From: Octopus sinensis
Taxonomy: Eukaryota
DNA length: 64,000 nucleotides
NCBI RefSeq assembly: GCF_006345805.1
Contig: NC_043000.1
Span: 101,432,001 to 101,496,000, forward strand
Reading direction: 5' to 3'
Shown: in pieces, positions 24,587 to 37,801 of the stretch
Layout of the letters: the number at the start of each line of letters is the position of its first letter
Position numbering within the stretch: position 1 is the first letter of the stretch
The notes under the pieces: generated by a model
Database searches by the model: none
Told to the model about the DNA's origin: nothing
What the model saw: the letters and a program-made list of their open reading frames with translations, nothing else
Program-made: the position numbers and the translations under genes

Positions 24587-25864
24587 ATAATATTTTACTA
24601 TAAAATTGGATTCAATCTTAAATCTGATTTTTCCTTGTAAATTTGGATTTATTCCCTAATATTTATTTATATATATATATATATATAAAATACAAAAATG
24701 GGACAAAAACACAAAACATCTAGACAGCTAGGTGAAACAAACAAAGGAAAACAAAATATCCAGACAGATGATACAAGGAAAACAAGGACAGATATATATA
24801 TATATATACACAATATATATGTATGTGAATAGGCATAGACATGAATGTGTGGTAAAGAAGTTTGCCTCCCAATCACATTTTATAATTTTGGGTTCAATTC
24901 CACCTCATGGCACCCTGGGCAGGTATCTCTGCATTCAGCCCTAGGTCAACCTTGTGAGTAGCATTGGTTGACAGAAACTAAAAGAAGCCCACCACGTTTG
25001 AAGATCTGTCTATGTGTATATGAGTGCATGAGCATGAATTTGTGCATGTTTGTATCACGTTGTCATGATGTTGTGTGATTGCCATTGTCTGTCATAGAAG
25101 CAGTGTCATTCATTTCCAAAATTCTAAGGAAACATGCCTGATCATGAGGAAACATTAACCTTGCTTGGAAACAGGAAACAGCCATAGAAAAACCAGCCTC
25201 TATAAACTCTGAGTTTATTGAATGTTAAAATGATGATGATGATAATGATACACATATCACACACACACACACACACATGCATTCACACATATGGACAAAT
25301 ATGCATGTGTACAGTTCAGTTTGTTGTCCACTTGTGTTAGTTACTTAATGGCTAATGTCCAATGTGGCTTCTAAAATTAGACATTCCAAAAATAACATGT
25401 GAAGATTGTCCAAGAAAAGCAGATTGATAATCCTCGTGAAAATACTGATGCAATGTCTGCCGGAGAAAGGTAATTAATGCTTCTCAATGCAAATGATGAT
25501 ATAGTCTGTATTTATAATAGATTTGTAATGTCAGTGCTATCAGCCAAAACCATAGAATTTACAATGCAACATGCAAGTAGCTTACTCTGCAGTAATGTGA
25601 CTGATGTAAAGTTTGTCAGTAGAGAACTAAAAGAGAAGTTCAATTACTACTCTCTTTAAAATATGGTAATTCACTTGTAAAAGAATAGTTCTTTCATCTT
25701 ATTTTGTTGCTGGTAAATAGTTGCATGTCTTATTGCAGTCAGAATATGGAATTCGATAGTTTAGTATGAACTGTGGTATAATTGACAAACAGTATTGTTT
25801 TTTCCTTTCCTCCTCCCTTTGTGTTATTACCTTAATCTGCTCTACTACAAATTCTGAAAGTTAC

Positions 25865-25930
25865 CGACAATGGTCTCAGATTGGAGATGCTGTAGCAGAC
25901 TAGCGAGGATAGCTGAATTACGTCCCTTTG
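25865..25930 (-). CDS. Candidate 66-nt exon (xKGRNSAILASLLQHLQSETIV)
   Basis: GC- and CpG-rich unique island; acceptor tttactAG, donor TCG|GTAACT. Phase 1 to 1, compatible with the 20215 exon. Confidence 0.3.
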
Positions 25931-25949
25931 CTAGTAAATGCTACCAGAT

Positions 25950-26150
25950 ACCGCCTGACTGGCCCTCGTGCCGGTGGCACGTAAAAGCACCCACTACATT
26001 CTTGGAGTGGTTGGCGTTAGGAAGGGCATTCAACTGTAGAAACCTTGCCATAACAGATTGGAGCCTAGTGTAGCCTCCTGGCTTGCCAGTCCTCAGTCAA
26101 ACCTACCAACCCATGCCAGCATGGAAAGCAGATGTTAAATGATGATGATG
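25950..26150 (+). mobile_element. RTE LINE 3' end
   Basis: GGTGGCACGTAAAAGCACCCACTAC...GGAGTGGTTGGCGTTAGGAAGGGCA...CCCATGCCAGCATGGAAAG...(GAT)n. Confidence 0.85.
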
Positions 26151-26859
26151 AGACAAACAATATATGTATAATATTACATACACACACACATGCATGTATA
26201 CATGAGTGAGTATGTGAGCATGCTTATCTATCTATCTATCTATCTAATTCTCATGTGAGGAAGGCATTGATATTTCTAAGGAATTCATATGATTTCCGTC
26301 TTTTTCCGTCTAATCCTTCCCACACCCCCAACAGAATTTATATGAGCCTGTACTGTTATTTGTAAAGATATTGGGCACTTCTTACTCGTATCCCAGATAC
26401 TCCTTGACAAAGACTTATTAATGGGCTGCTTTGTGTTATGCCTATGCTGGTTTATGGAAAATCTACACTGCTCTGTATTCGGCTATAGCATACTGGTCCA
26501 CTATACTTATTTCAATAGTATTACATTTCCATTCTTGTAACAGTATTTTCTTTCTGTGTTCTAATGACATCTATTTGAATCATACGGAGCCATTCATATA
26601 ATAGCAGCTTTCTGTAAAGAAAATTTAGGGGTGCTTATATATGTACACACACCTACATGCATACACACAAATACATATGCACATAGAAATAGATGCGTAG
26701 ACACATAAGGATACTAGCAGAAAAATATATGTTTGGTCCCAAAATTATGTTCATGACTGGAGGGGTTTGCGCATCAAAGTAATAATAGATGATATATTTA
26801 TAACTATCATTTGATATTTTATGATCACAAATATCTGTGTATATACATACATATGTGTG

Positions 26860-26893
<34 letters not shown>

Positions 26894-26909
26894 TATACAT
26901 ACATATATG

Positions 26910-26959
<50 letters not shown>

Positions 26960-27749
26960 CCTATATATATACCTATATATATACATCTACCTATACACAC
27001 ACAATATATACATTCATACTTCTGTTATTCTCTTTTTGATAGAGAGTATTATCATAGGCTGAATTTCTCTGAAAGTTTTGGAGGCACAATGTACGTATAC
27101 ATGTATGTATATATATATATGTATGTATACATAAATGATATATACACATATAAGTGATATAAATGTGTGTTTTTCTGTGTGTGTATATATATATATATAT
27201 GTGTGCGTGTGTGTGTGTGTGTGTGTGTATATGTGTATGTATGTATATCTATCTATATATATTTATGTATGTGTGTGTGTAAGAGAGAAATAGACTGGGA
27301 GAGAAACACACACACACGTGCACACACATACATAATAATTCAGATAACAAAAAAGACAACAATGAAATCTAAAACTACAGCTAAAACTATGAATGTGTGG
27401 ATCAGACATGAACAATAGCCTTGCTGTCCATTTTCAGTGGAATGAAAGGCTATAAAAATCCAAGTATTATGAAAAATTATTCTAAAATCATTAATATGAA
27501 TGGTTTATAAAAATATCAATTACATCTTAGTTTTATTTTGTTTTCGTTCAACATATTACATTATCACCTTCACACCAACCGTTAGGAAGCCAAGGGTTAC
27601 ACAATGTAACAAGACAGAATTAATTAAATTAGTGTGGATTTATGTGTGTGCATGCGTATGTATATATGTGTGTGTGTATGTGTGTATATGTGTGTTTTTT
27701 GTAGAAAGTATTGAATTGATGGAATCGTTAGAGAATCAGGTGTCATCCC

Positions 27750-28048
27750 AGTCTAGCGACCTCTTAGCCTTCTGTGACAATGATATGGCGAAGATGTTGA
27801 CAACAGGATGTTGGATAAGTGACAAGGTGGAAGAGTCCTAGACCAATGACTTGATGGTTACTGCAGTGAAGTGGAAGATTTGTGCCATGAGACAATGCTT
27901 GGTCATCAACTGGCAAGTGAACTGCTATTCTGGGGCAGTCCCCATTGTCAACCTTACTCTTTGTAATCTTGTACAGCACTTGGTAGTTGCCATGGGGGTC
28001 CAAAGAGGCAGTCTGGTGGTGACACGAACTGCTTTACTTCCAAGTACA
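27750..28048 (-). mobile_element. Unclassified coding-like interspersed repeat (family D), copy 1
   Basis: Collinear with 30985-31600; see finding. Confidence 0.6.
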
Positions 28049-28052
28049 TTAA

Positions 28053-28272
28053 CACTTTTGTTACCAACCCGGCTGAAACCACCTCTGGGTCTGAGTACAA
28101 ATGCCTTGTTTTCAACAGTTTTGAATTAAAATCTTCTACCAAACCTTAGTCACAATTTATGTTCCTAACACTAGCTTAATGATAACTAAGTTATTTTACT
28201 AAATTCTTTGTTATATTTAAAGTAATTGAAAGAAACACAGAGTATCTCAAAATAAATACAGTAATGAAAGGG
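28053..28272. mobile_element. Second piggyBac-type (TTAA) MITE family
   Basis: TTAA|CACTTTTGTTAC ... GTAATGAAAGGG|TTAA. Confidence 0.7.
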
Positions 28273-28579
28273 TTAAGCCCTCTGGAATTCCCTTCCTGCT
28301 CATATCTTTCCTGCTGGTGTTGATTTATAGAAGTTCAAATAGAACATCAATAGTATCCATCTCACAGTATATGGGGGTCTGCAAAGCCATGTAACCTGCC
28401 CCCAGCAAGTGGGGAGAAAAAAAAAACAAAAAACAAAGGCTTTTGAACACAAGCATCCCATCCAATTTAGTCTTTATTTAGATTTAGGCATCATTACGTA
28501 ATTAAGACGCTCACTTAGCAACCATGTGATTTCAGGTTCAGTCCTACCATATGGCACCTTGGGCTAGTGTCTTCTACTA

Positions 28580-29025
28580 TCACTGGTTCAGTAATAATGT
28601 TTACTTAGGGGGTGCAAACTCAGGTCCAACATATTTTGGAAACAAGATTTTATTGTTTTTGTTATTTTTTTGGGGGGGGGAGGGGCTCCACTGACCCCCA
28701 TATTTTTACTGCATTTTAAACTAAATACATGACATTGGCGACCAAATTGGAGCAATGACAATGAACTTTATACCATGATCTCTCAGGGAGCATCATAAGG
28801 AGATTCAGTTTCTGAATAGACACTTAAATGGGGACCCACTGAACCCATCTATTTTTACTGCATTTACTTCACCCCTACATGTATTGATTAAACTATGATC
28901 AGCACCAGTCCTTGGCACATTTGCAGAAATAAGTTTTATTACACAAGTGTAGAGGGCCGAAGGCTTCAAAGGTGCTTCCATAGGAATCAGCAAGATTGCT
29001 GCCCGAAGGGCAGCTTCAAGGCTAG
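28580..29025 (+). mobile_element. Non-autonomous Helitron (second family) inserted into a family A SINE
   Basis: A|TC start, perfect hairpin GCTGCCC-GAA-GGGCAGC (28998-29014), CTAG|T end. The SINE head lies at about 28500-28579 and the SINE 3' part resumes after 29026. Confidence 0.75.
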
Positions 29026-30350
29026 TAATATAAATATGTGTATGTATGTATGTTTGTGTTTATCCCCACCACCACTTGACAGCCAGTTTTGGTTTGTTTC
29101 TATCCCCATAACTTAGCAGTTCAGCAAAAGAGACCAATAGAATAAGTACTGGAGTCAATTTTATTTTTACTAAAACCTTTCAGTGCAGTGCTCCAGCATG
29201 GCTGCAGTCCAATGACTAAAACAAGTAAAAGATAAGCGATAAAAGATCTCTACAACCATATTGCCCCTTGTCTATTTTTTGTCTTTTAAGTCAGTATGAT
29301 TTAGCTTGAGGGAGATTTGTCTGCTGTTTCTAACATACAGACCAACTCCAGAGAGGCACCCTCACTCGATGGCTAAATATCAATTGTGTGTAATTATTTC
29401 AGGAAGAGTTATAGGTCGTATTCTTGTGTTCTTTAATATTCTTTATTTATGCATTTATGTATATATTCTGATGTACACTGTGATTCTAAGTTTCACTTCT
29501 ATTTTCTCTTTTTAGGTAAGTTTCTTTTATTTCTGATATTGAAATCATCAAACTTACAAAATATGAAACATAAAAACAAGCAAAAAAAAAAAAAAAAAAA
29601 AAGCCAACGAGTAAGTAAATAATTTTTTTATTATTTTTTTTATTTTGACTTATATTTTGATTTTTGTAGTTTTTATTTATTTATTTATTTATTTGTAGTT
29701 TCATATAAATCTCCATTTCTGAATTATATTTAGAGAATGAAAAAAAGGAATAAAAATAAATATAATCACAAGATCAAGGGGGTTGGAACAAAAAAAAATA
29801 CAAGCAAGATTAAAAGACTGTTGAGAATTTCAGATTTAAGTATGTCGTTACCATCTATATTATATCATTTGAACATGAATTAATCTCTTAGGTAAAGTGA
29901 CATTGTACTAGTTGACTCTGTGTGTGTGTGTGTGCATGTGTGAACACGTGTGTTTGTGTGTGCATGTCTGTGCATACATGTGTATAAACATATAGATGCA
30001 TAGATATATATTTCAACATGTCAATTTATGTGTGTGTGTATGTAATGTATGCATGTTTGTATGCATAGATGTATTCTTCAATATATACCAATCTGTTTGC
30101 ATATACATACATGTGTGTATGTATGTATATATGTATGTGTGAATGTGTGTGTGTGTGTGTGCGTGTGTCTATATAGTCACATACAGATATGGATGTGTGT
30201 GTGTGTATATATATATATATATACACACACATGTATACACCCACATGCATATATACACATATATAAACATGTATATATTTGTGTGTGTGCATATATATAT
30301 ATGTACACACACACACACATATATATATATATAAAGAGAGAGAGAGTGAG

Positions 30351-30399
<49 letters not shown>

Positions 30400-30984
30400 A
30401 GTATAAACAAAAAAGTGGCTCAGAGAAATAGCTGAGGGGCTAGTGGCTTGAGTTTGGGCAAGAAAGATAAATAAAAGTATATCAAAATACGAGACAAAAT
30501 AAATTCTTGGTTTATTTAAACATTGTTGAGTAAAGTAAACAAATGCCTTGAGGCATTGACCATCAACTCGAAATGAGAAAGGGAGATAATCTTAAAAAAC
30601 AGGGTGAAGATGTGCTTTTCATGGTTGCTTAGCCTGCTAGAAATAGCAACTGAATCTCCTTCAGGTGGTATTGTACTGACTAAAAATTGATAAAGTCCTT
30701 GCATAAAGTATTTTTAGTTCTTGACCACAGCATGTCTGGTGGTTTTGAAGTTTACTTTACAATCACATCTCAGATTCAATCGCATAGTATTTACCAAAAG
30801 CTTGAAGCCGGCCCTAGCCTTGTGACAGAAAACAGAAAATGGGTGGTTGAAACTGTGCAGAAGCCTGTCAAATATATTGATAGATTTTTATGGCCTTTCA
30901 CCGATGTGGGTGCTGTACTGTACCATAAAAGAGGGAGTAAATTGCCCCTTCTTTCAGTAGAGTGGGGTGACACCTTGGGAGAGT

Positions 30985-31600
30985 GCTAGAAAACCCTTAG
31001 CCTCCTGTGCCAAGGATACAGTGAAGACATTGATAACAGGATGTTGATAACTGACAAGGTAGAGGAGTCTTTGACCAATGGCTTGAAGGTTATTATAGTC
31101 AAGCAGAGGATCTGTGGCATCAGACAATGGCTTCCTTCTCAAGCCATGCCTAGCTCATAAGGGCCGGTTTCCCGGTTTCCTTGGCATATAGGTTCCCCAC
31201 CTGGACGGGATGCCGGTCTGTTACAGGTGAGCTTCAAGATGCAGAAGGAAAGAATGAGAGATAGTTGTGGCGAAAGAGTAAGCAGAAGTTCGCCACTACC
31301 TTCTGCCGGAGCCATGTGGAGCTTAGGTATTTCACTCATAAACACACACATCACCCAGTCTGAGATTCGAACCTGTGATCCCTTGACCACAAGTCCACTG
31401 CTCTAACCACTAACCCATGTACCTCCACAGACAATGGCTGGGCATCAACTAGCGAGTGAGCTGCTACTGCGGGGCAGCCTCATCGTCGATCATGCTCGTT
31501 GCACTTTTGTACACTTGGTACCTGGCATGGAGGTCCAGAGAGGCAGTCTGGCAGGGGGAGTGACACCAACTGCCTTACTTGCCATCCTAAGACATTTTGT
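30985..31600 (-). mobile_element. Family D repeat, copy 2, split by a SINE
   Basis: Homologous to 27750-28048 on both sides of the insertion. Confidence 0.6.
31133..31428 (-). mobile_element. Young tRNA-headed SINE with RTE-type tail
   Basis: Head GTGGAGGTACATGGGTTAGTGGTTAGAGC...GGTTCGAATCTC; tail GGAAACCGGCCCTTATGAGCTAGGCATGGCTTGAGAAGGA; TSD AGACAATGGCT at 31122-31132 and 31429-31439. Confidence 0.85.
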
Positions 31601-34133
31601 TTGGAGAAGTCTGAACAGAACAGCCAATATCAACCTATGATGAACAGCTGCTGCTGATCTAGAATTGAATGGTCCAGCATTATCACACACCCTGTCATGC
31701 TGATTCTACTTGAGAATTATGTTAAGGATACATATATATCTGTGGAGTACTCAGCCACTTGCATACTAATTCAATGAGCAGGTACTTTAGAGGGTCAAAT
31801 AACTAAATATCCATTGTTGAAATTGATGCTGATCTTTTTCTCATTTTAGTTATACTTATGAGGAAATATATTGACTCATGACTGGAATGTGTTTGAACAT
31901 AGCTAGAATTGACCTGTGGTTAAACAACAACAACAACAGCAACACTAACAACAAGAGCTTAAAGCTGTTTTAGTTTCATCATTTGATCACATTTACTGTT
32001 AATATTCATCACCATTGTCACTTTAAGGTCCTTTTGCCCCATGCTTACCTGCATCTGACAGAATTCATTCAGGCAGATTTTCTATAATTAAATGTGCTTC
32101 TATAATTAAATGTACTATCATTGCCTATCATCACCTGTTTCCAAGTGAGGAATCATTTTCCTCATAGCCAAACATGTTTCTATGGAAGCTCGGAAATGAA
32201 TGACACTGTTGGTGTGGCAGCAACATTTGTTTGTAACTCTTACGCTATATCAAGACAAGGAAATACAAATGTACACACACATGCATGGTGGGATTCTTGC
32301 AATTTCGATCTGCCAAATCTACTTACTTACAAGGCTTTGGTCAGCCTGAGATGAGCAGAAAAACATTTGCCCAAGGTACCACACAGTAGGACTGAACTTG
32401 AATGCAGAGATATTGAAAAATGAACTTCTAAACCATACAGTCATGCCTACACTTCTGGCTATACCTGTGCTTATGAAGGTAAAAGGTGTTAATGAAAAGT
32501 AAGCGTAACATCATTAGCTTTATTAATGCTAAAGTGTTAAGTATACAACAACACACTTGTTTACTTATAAAACATTTTAGAAGTTGATACATTACACTAG
32601 CTAATGGTCAAGTAGTCATCTAGTCAAGCCTTTGAATACTGGAGTGTCGTGAAATATATGCTAACAGGTTGTGAATTAGATAGGCAAATATTGTGTTAGC
32701 CAGTCTCACTGAAGCTGAAAAACAGAAGCTCAAGGTGTTTGAAATGCTAAATTATTTGTAGCTAGCTGAATAGAATACAACACAGCATGTTTATGGCTTT
32801 GATTATATACTTTGTAAATATTTTATTTCCTATGTCACAGAAAATGTCATAAACCTAATTGTAAAGTAATACATTACTGTATACTTTAATTAGAATTCAC
32901 CCTTAAAGCACCAAAGGACACCAAATAATTTCATGCTTTAGAAATTCTTGCTATTTGCTTACAAGACTGTATATAAATAAGCTAATCAAAAACAATATTT
33001 TATTTGAATTTTTTCTTTTTTTTTGTATTTTATTTTAATTTGTGGAAAAATTTTGAAATAGTTGCAAGGAGTATTCAGCTATGTTTGCATCACTTCTGTA
33101 TTGAAATTGATCACAAAAATATGGCTGATTTTTGAAAATGTTTTGTTTACAATGACATACAGAGTCTTGATGTTTCAGGTTCAATACGACCTTCAGTAAC
33201 TGTTTTCTGACATAGCGTTATAGGTTTCCCAAAGCCTTGTGAATGGAATTTGGTAAACAGAAACTGCAGAAGCCTGTACCTTTGTGTGTGTGTGATTGTG
33301 TGTGTGAGTGTAAGTTTGTATTCAGTAACTCTAAATAAGAACCGACTCCACTCATTGGGACATGTCCAACATGTTTGCATGAAAAGCAGATGTAAACTGA
33401 TGATGATGATGATACCTTAGCATGATCACAGTACCTGTGTATCAAATGAATATACCATGAGGTATTTGGTTCCTTCCCCAATTTCTTGTTTATATTTATG
33501 ACAGCTTTGCTTTCATTCATATAAGATTGTTGCTTTTGCTGTGGCTGCTGTTTAGTCCCAAGTCAAATCTGATCAAGCATGCTTCTGATTAAAGACATTC
33601 CAGTCATGACCATCCCATTGTGTACAGGAATATTGAGTACTTAGTTATTTTCAATGAACAAAAACGGAAAGACAATGTCCAACCATGCCATTTACAACGT
33701 ATGTTAGCAATAATTGGCTTTATGAGATACAGTTAGCTGCTAGGCTTACCTCAATAACTTAAACTGTCTTAATAGCTTAAGTATAATTATTTGAAGCTAT
33801 ACAAATGAGAAAAACAAAATTGAATCATTAACAATTAACCATGAAGCACATATGTTTTAGTCAAACATAAACGAGACGTTGCAATATTACTAATGTCTTA
33901 TACATACAAAAAAAAAAAAAAGAGAGAGAGAGAAAGGAAAAAGAAAAGAGGCATTAGTGATATCAGTGAAACAAAATTGCTTTAATTGGGAATCGAAGTG
34001 GACAGTGTCAGCACACACTCAGAGAGTCCTGCCTGAAAAACTATCTATTTCAGTAATAAATGGCTAGTATATAATTGATATATTTCAGGATTAATAGCAA
34101 TATTAACAAAAGCTGCTTTATATCCTTACTCAC

Positions 34134-34372
34134 TCTTGTATGTTTAATTCAAATTCACAAACGATTGAAGGGATACTCGTAACAATAAGGGTAGAAGTCT
34201 TATAGATATACAATAATTCAGTTACAGTAAGTTGCTTCCGTTTATTTTTTCCTTGCTTTCTTTTCTCTGTATTCATGAAGATTTTTTCCTGGAATTCCTG
34301 TGTGTGTGATTTCTTTTGAAATGACATCTTATTCCTGTCTTTTATGTTCCATTTTCATATTTTATTTTCCAC
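34134..34372 (-). other. Candidate exon (5' UTR or first coding; ATG at 34327, MSFQKKSHTQ...ELNIQ)
   Basis: Acceptor tttatgctagCAG and strong donor AAGA|GTGAGT; only one frame is open to the donor. Confidence 0.25.
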
Positions 34373-34929
34373 CTGCTAGCATAAATTTAATGGTTCGTCA
34401 GAGTTGGGTATTCAGTAAATGCTTTACCAATGGGTGGGAAATTATGATGTACAATGTCTTTTAAGGCCTCTCTTATTACCTTCCTACGCAACTAAAGCAG
34501 CCAAATTTCCTTCAAATAACACCCTACTGTCTTAAAAGGGGTGGAACACATTAAACAACATTGTCCTGATACACCTCTAAAAACAAAACAATGAATAAAT
34601 AAAAGTGATGGTTATGGTTGGAATGTCTCTGATCATAAAGTCTACTTGATCAGAGTTCATGTGGGACTAAGCTGAAATAACTGTGAAGTGACTGAGGTGA
34701 GGATAAGGGTGCTAGTGGGGGTGTATTTATTTTCCAGCAAAACATTTTGAAATATTTAGAGCAAAATGTCTAGCTAGCTTAGGGCTTGAACCTGGGGGAC
34801 AGTATTAGATATTAAAATTATTTTTTAAATGTCAAAAATGAGAAATGAGAAAAACAGAAAAGACTTGACAAAATGTTGCTGCTAGCTGTTTATTACTGCC
34901 AGAGATGATGGCAAAGATAAGAACTGTAA

Positions 34930-35160
34930 CAATGATGATGATAGTGACGGTGTGGAGGACAGAAATGAAGATAATGAGGATGATGGTAAGGATGATGATG
35001 GTGACAATGATGCTGCTGAGGATGATGATGAAGAGGGGGATGATGATGATGATGAGGATGATGATGATGATGATGATAAAGGTGATGTTGCTGCTGATGA
35101 TGATAATGACAAGTATGGTTGTTGTGTTGGCAGTGGTGGTGTTGATGATGATTATACTGC
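34930..35160. repeat. Compound (GAT)n/(GGT)n/(GTT)n trinucleotide tract
   Basis: Source of the poly-D, poly-M, poly-H and poly-S ORFs in the track. Confidence 0.9.
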
Positions 35161-35369
35161 AGCAGTAATGGGTTTGAATGTTTTTTACATGCATCAATCA
35201 ATATGAACATTGCACATATGAAGCTGGTGTGGAAGCTTCTAAATAGCAACTCAACCTGCTAGAAATGCACACAGACACATTCACTTTACTGTTTCAGACT
35301 AATTAACAATATAGACCAGGATAGACTGTGTCTAAAAAGAAGACCCAATGATCCTGGAGGCAACACCTT

Positions 35370-36070
35370 TACTGTTGCTGAGAACAGGAAAGGAAGGACT
35401 GAGTGTAGTCCTTAGTGTAGGGCCTGGTGGGAGGTGGCCACCACAAAGGTGATAGGAGGAGGAGAAATGAGTGGGATGGAAGTGCTTGAGTGAAGGTGAC
35501 ATGAGATCAACCAGTTCCAAGGAGCTAAGACTATTATAGTAGCAGAGGTAGAAAAAGTAGTGGACCAGAGGCTGGAGTGTCTTTGTGAATTATTTTATGT
35601 CAATCAGTCTAGTGGTCATTTTCTGGACACAGTCAAAGATGCTGGAACCAGGAAGTGCCTTTGAAATGGAGCTGGATAGTACCTAGCTGGAATGGTCAGT
35701 GCTTATGAGGAGGAATGGGCAGTGTCAGGAACCTTTGCAGGCCTTCTTAGTCCAGTGAGACTGATGCCATGCTGGTCACTTTTGAACCTTTGTTGGTCAA
35801 CACTGGCTGGAAAGATATGAGGATTAGCAAGATTGAATACTAGAAGGAAGGAATGACTGGGTGTAGTCATTAGTGTAAGGTTTGGGCGGGAGATGGACAC
35901 CACAAGGGTGATAGGAGGAGGAGAGATGAGTGAGGTGGAAGTACTTGAGAGAATGTGACATGAGACCAACAATTTCTAAGGAGCTAAGGCCATTATATTA
36001 GCAGATGTAGAAAAAGCTGTAGACCAGAGGCTGGAGTATCTTTGTGAACGATTTTATGCCAATCAGTCTG
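35370..36070 (-). mobile_element. Two head-to-tail CR1-type LINE ORF2 C-terminal fragments
   Basis: Direct repeat of about 230 bp (about 35385-35630 and 35843-36070). The minus strand reads ..FDCVQKMTTRLI..TLQPLVH..YYN.LSSLEL..HLPP..HIFPASVDQQRFKS, a CR1-like LQPLxHRR/FPxxYDLxxFK pattern. Confidence 0.65.
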
Positions 36071-37250
36071 TTTATAGAAGACCAGCAGTTATCTATGCAT
36101 ATCAGTCTCTGGTATTATCCAAGAGAAAGGCAAAAGCCAATACAGCTTGGCACCAGTGACGTTGCAACTTATTTCTACTGCTGAGTGAACTAGAACAATG
36201 TGAAATAAAGTGTCTTGCTCAAGAACACAACACACAGCCTGGTCTGGGAATCGAACTCACTATCACATGATTGTGAGCCTAACACTCTAACCACTGAGCC
36301 AGGTGCCTTCACTTCTTTGTAGTAAAAGCTTTTTCCTCCCTTTTTTTCTCTTCCATCTCTATTCTTTTTTGTCTTGCAAGTTACATGACAACCTCACTAG
36401 TGCTGGTAGCATGAAAAAAAGGCACGCAGAACACTCTGTCAAGTACTTGGCATTAGGGAGGGCACCCACAAGAAGAAATCATGCCAAAAATAGCATTGGA
36501 GCTTGACACAGCCTGCAGTTCACTGGTTCCCTGTCAACCCATTCCAGCCATACTGGTATGGCGATAATGATGATGGTGATGATAACGATGATGATAGTGG
36601 TGATCACTATATAAACCTAAATACATGCATAGTTTTGCCAGCCATAGTAATATTGATAGATATTTGTTCTGTGTAGAAGCAGCAGGGGTATCTATATGTG
36701 TATGTATGTATGGATGGATGCACGCTTGTTGTTGTAATGTTAGTGATAGCTAGATTTAGTAATTGGATGGGCAGCAATGAAGTGAAAACATTTAAAAGAG
36801 GTGGTGCCTGGCTGGATGGGCAAGAAGTAGAAATCAAACTAAGACGAATTAAAGAGAAATGACAAGACAAGAAATGCACAAAGCATGTTTTCTCCAGTTA
36901 CATAATTAGCAGGACCTCAGAGAATGTCAAAGAAATCTTTATATTGCTCAATCATATTTTTCCTGTGTTTAACCAAAGTTATGATATCATATTTGAAATA
37001 TATTCAGTGAAACTGGGGGGGGGGAGGGAGAAGAATAATAATAAGATGAAAAAAAGAAAAAGGAAAGGAAGAAGTTATGTAGAAAAACATTGGAGAAAAT
37101 GATTGATAAAAAGATTTATGTGTTCATAGGTTTCAAATTAAATGTTAGAAATGACTGAGATATATGGCACAGATATATGGTGATATATGTGTGTTTTGCT
37201 TGTTTAATCAGATGGCTATTTGTGGGTATTTGTGTGTATGTGCATGTAAA

Positions 37251-37343
<93 letters not shown>

Positions 37344-37449
37344 ACATACACACACACACACAGATATGTATGTATATATATGTACATACATGCGTGTGTA
37401 TGTATGTAATTGAATATGAGTAACATGTATGAAAGATACTTTTATGTAT

Positions 37450-37489
<40 letters not shown>

Positions 37490-37610
37490 CATACAGACAC
37501 TCACACATATATATATAGACATACATACATACATAAGGGGCTACACACCAAGGGGACAAACAAGGACAGACAAACGGATTAAGTCGATTATATCGACCTC
37601 AGTGCGTAAG

Positions 37611-37650
<40 letters not shown>

Positions 37651-37801
37651 GATGTGATGATATTTATTAAACACACTGAACTTTTTATATATCTATCTTT
37701 ATTTAGTTTCTTAATTTATGTTCTATACTGTTCTGTACTCTGGTCTGTTTATGGACAGTTCCTGTGGATGAAATAACAGAATCTCCATGAGAAATAATTA
37801 C

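Noticed and set aside
34360-34402. Minus-strand CTGACGA...ACC/GGT...GGAAA
   Set aside because: There is no stem III, NUH triplet or stem I, so it is a chance motif.
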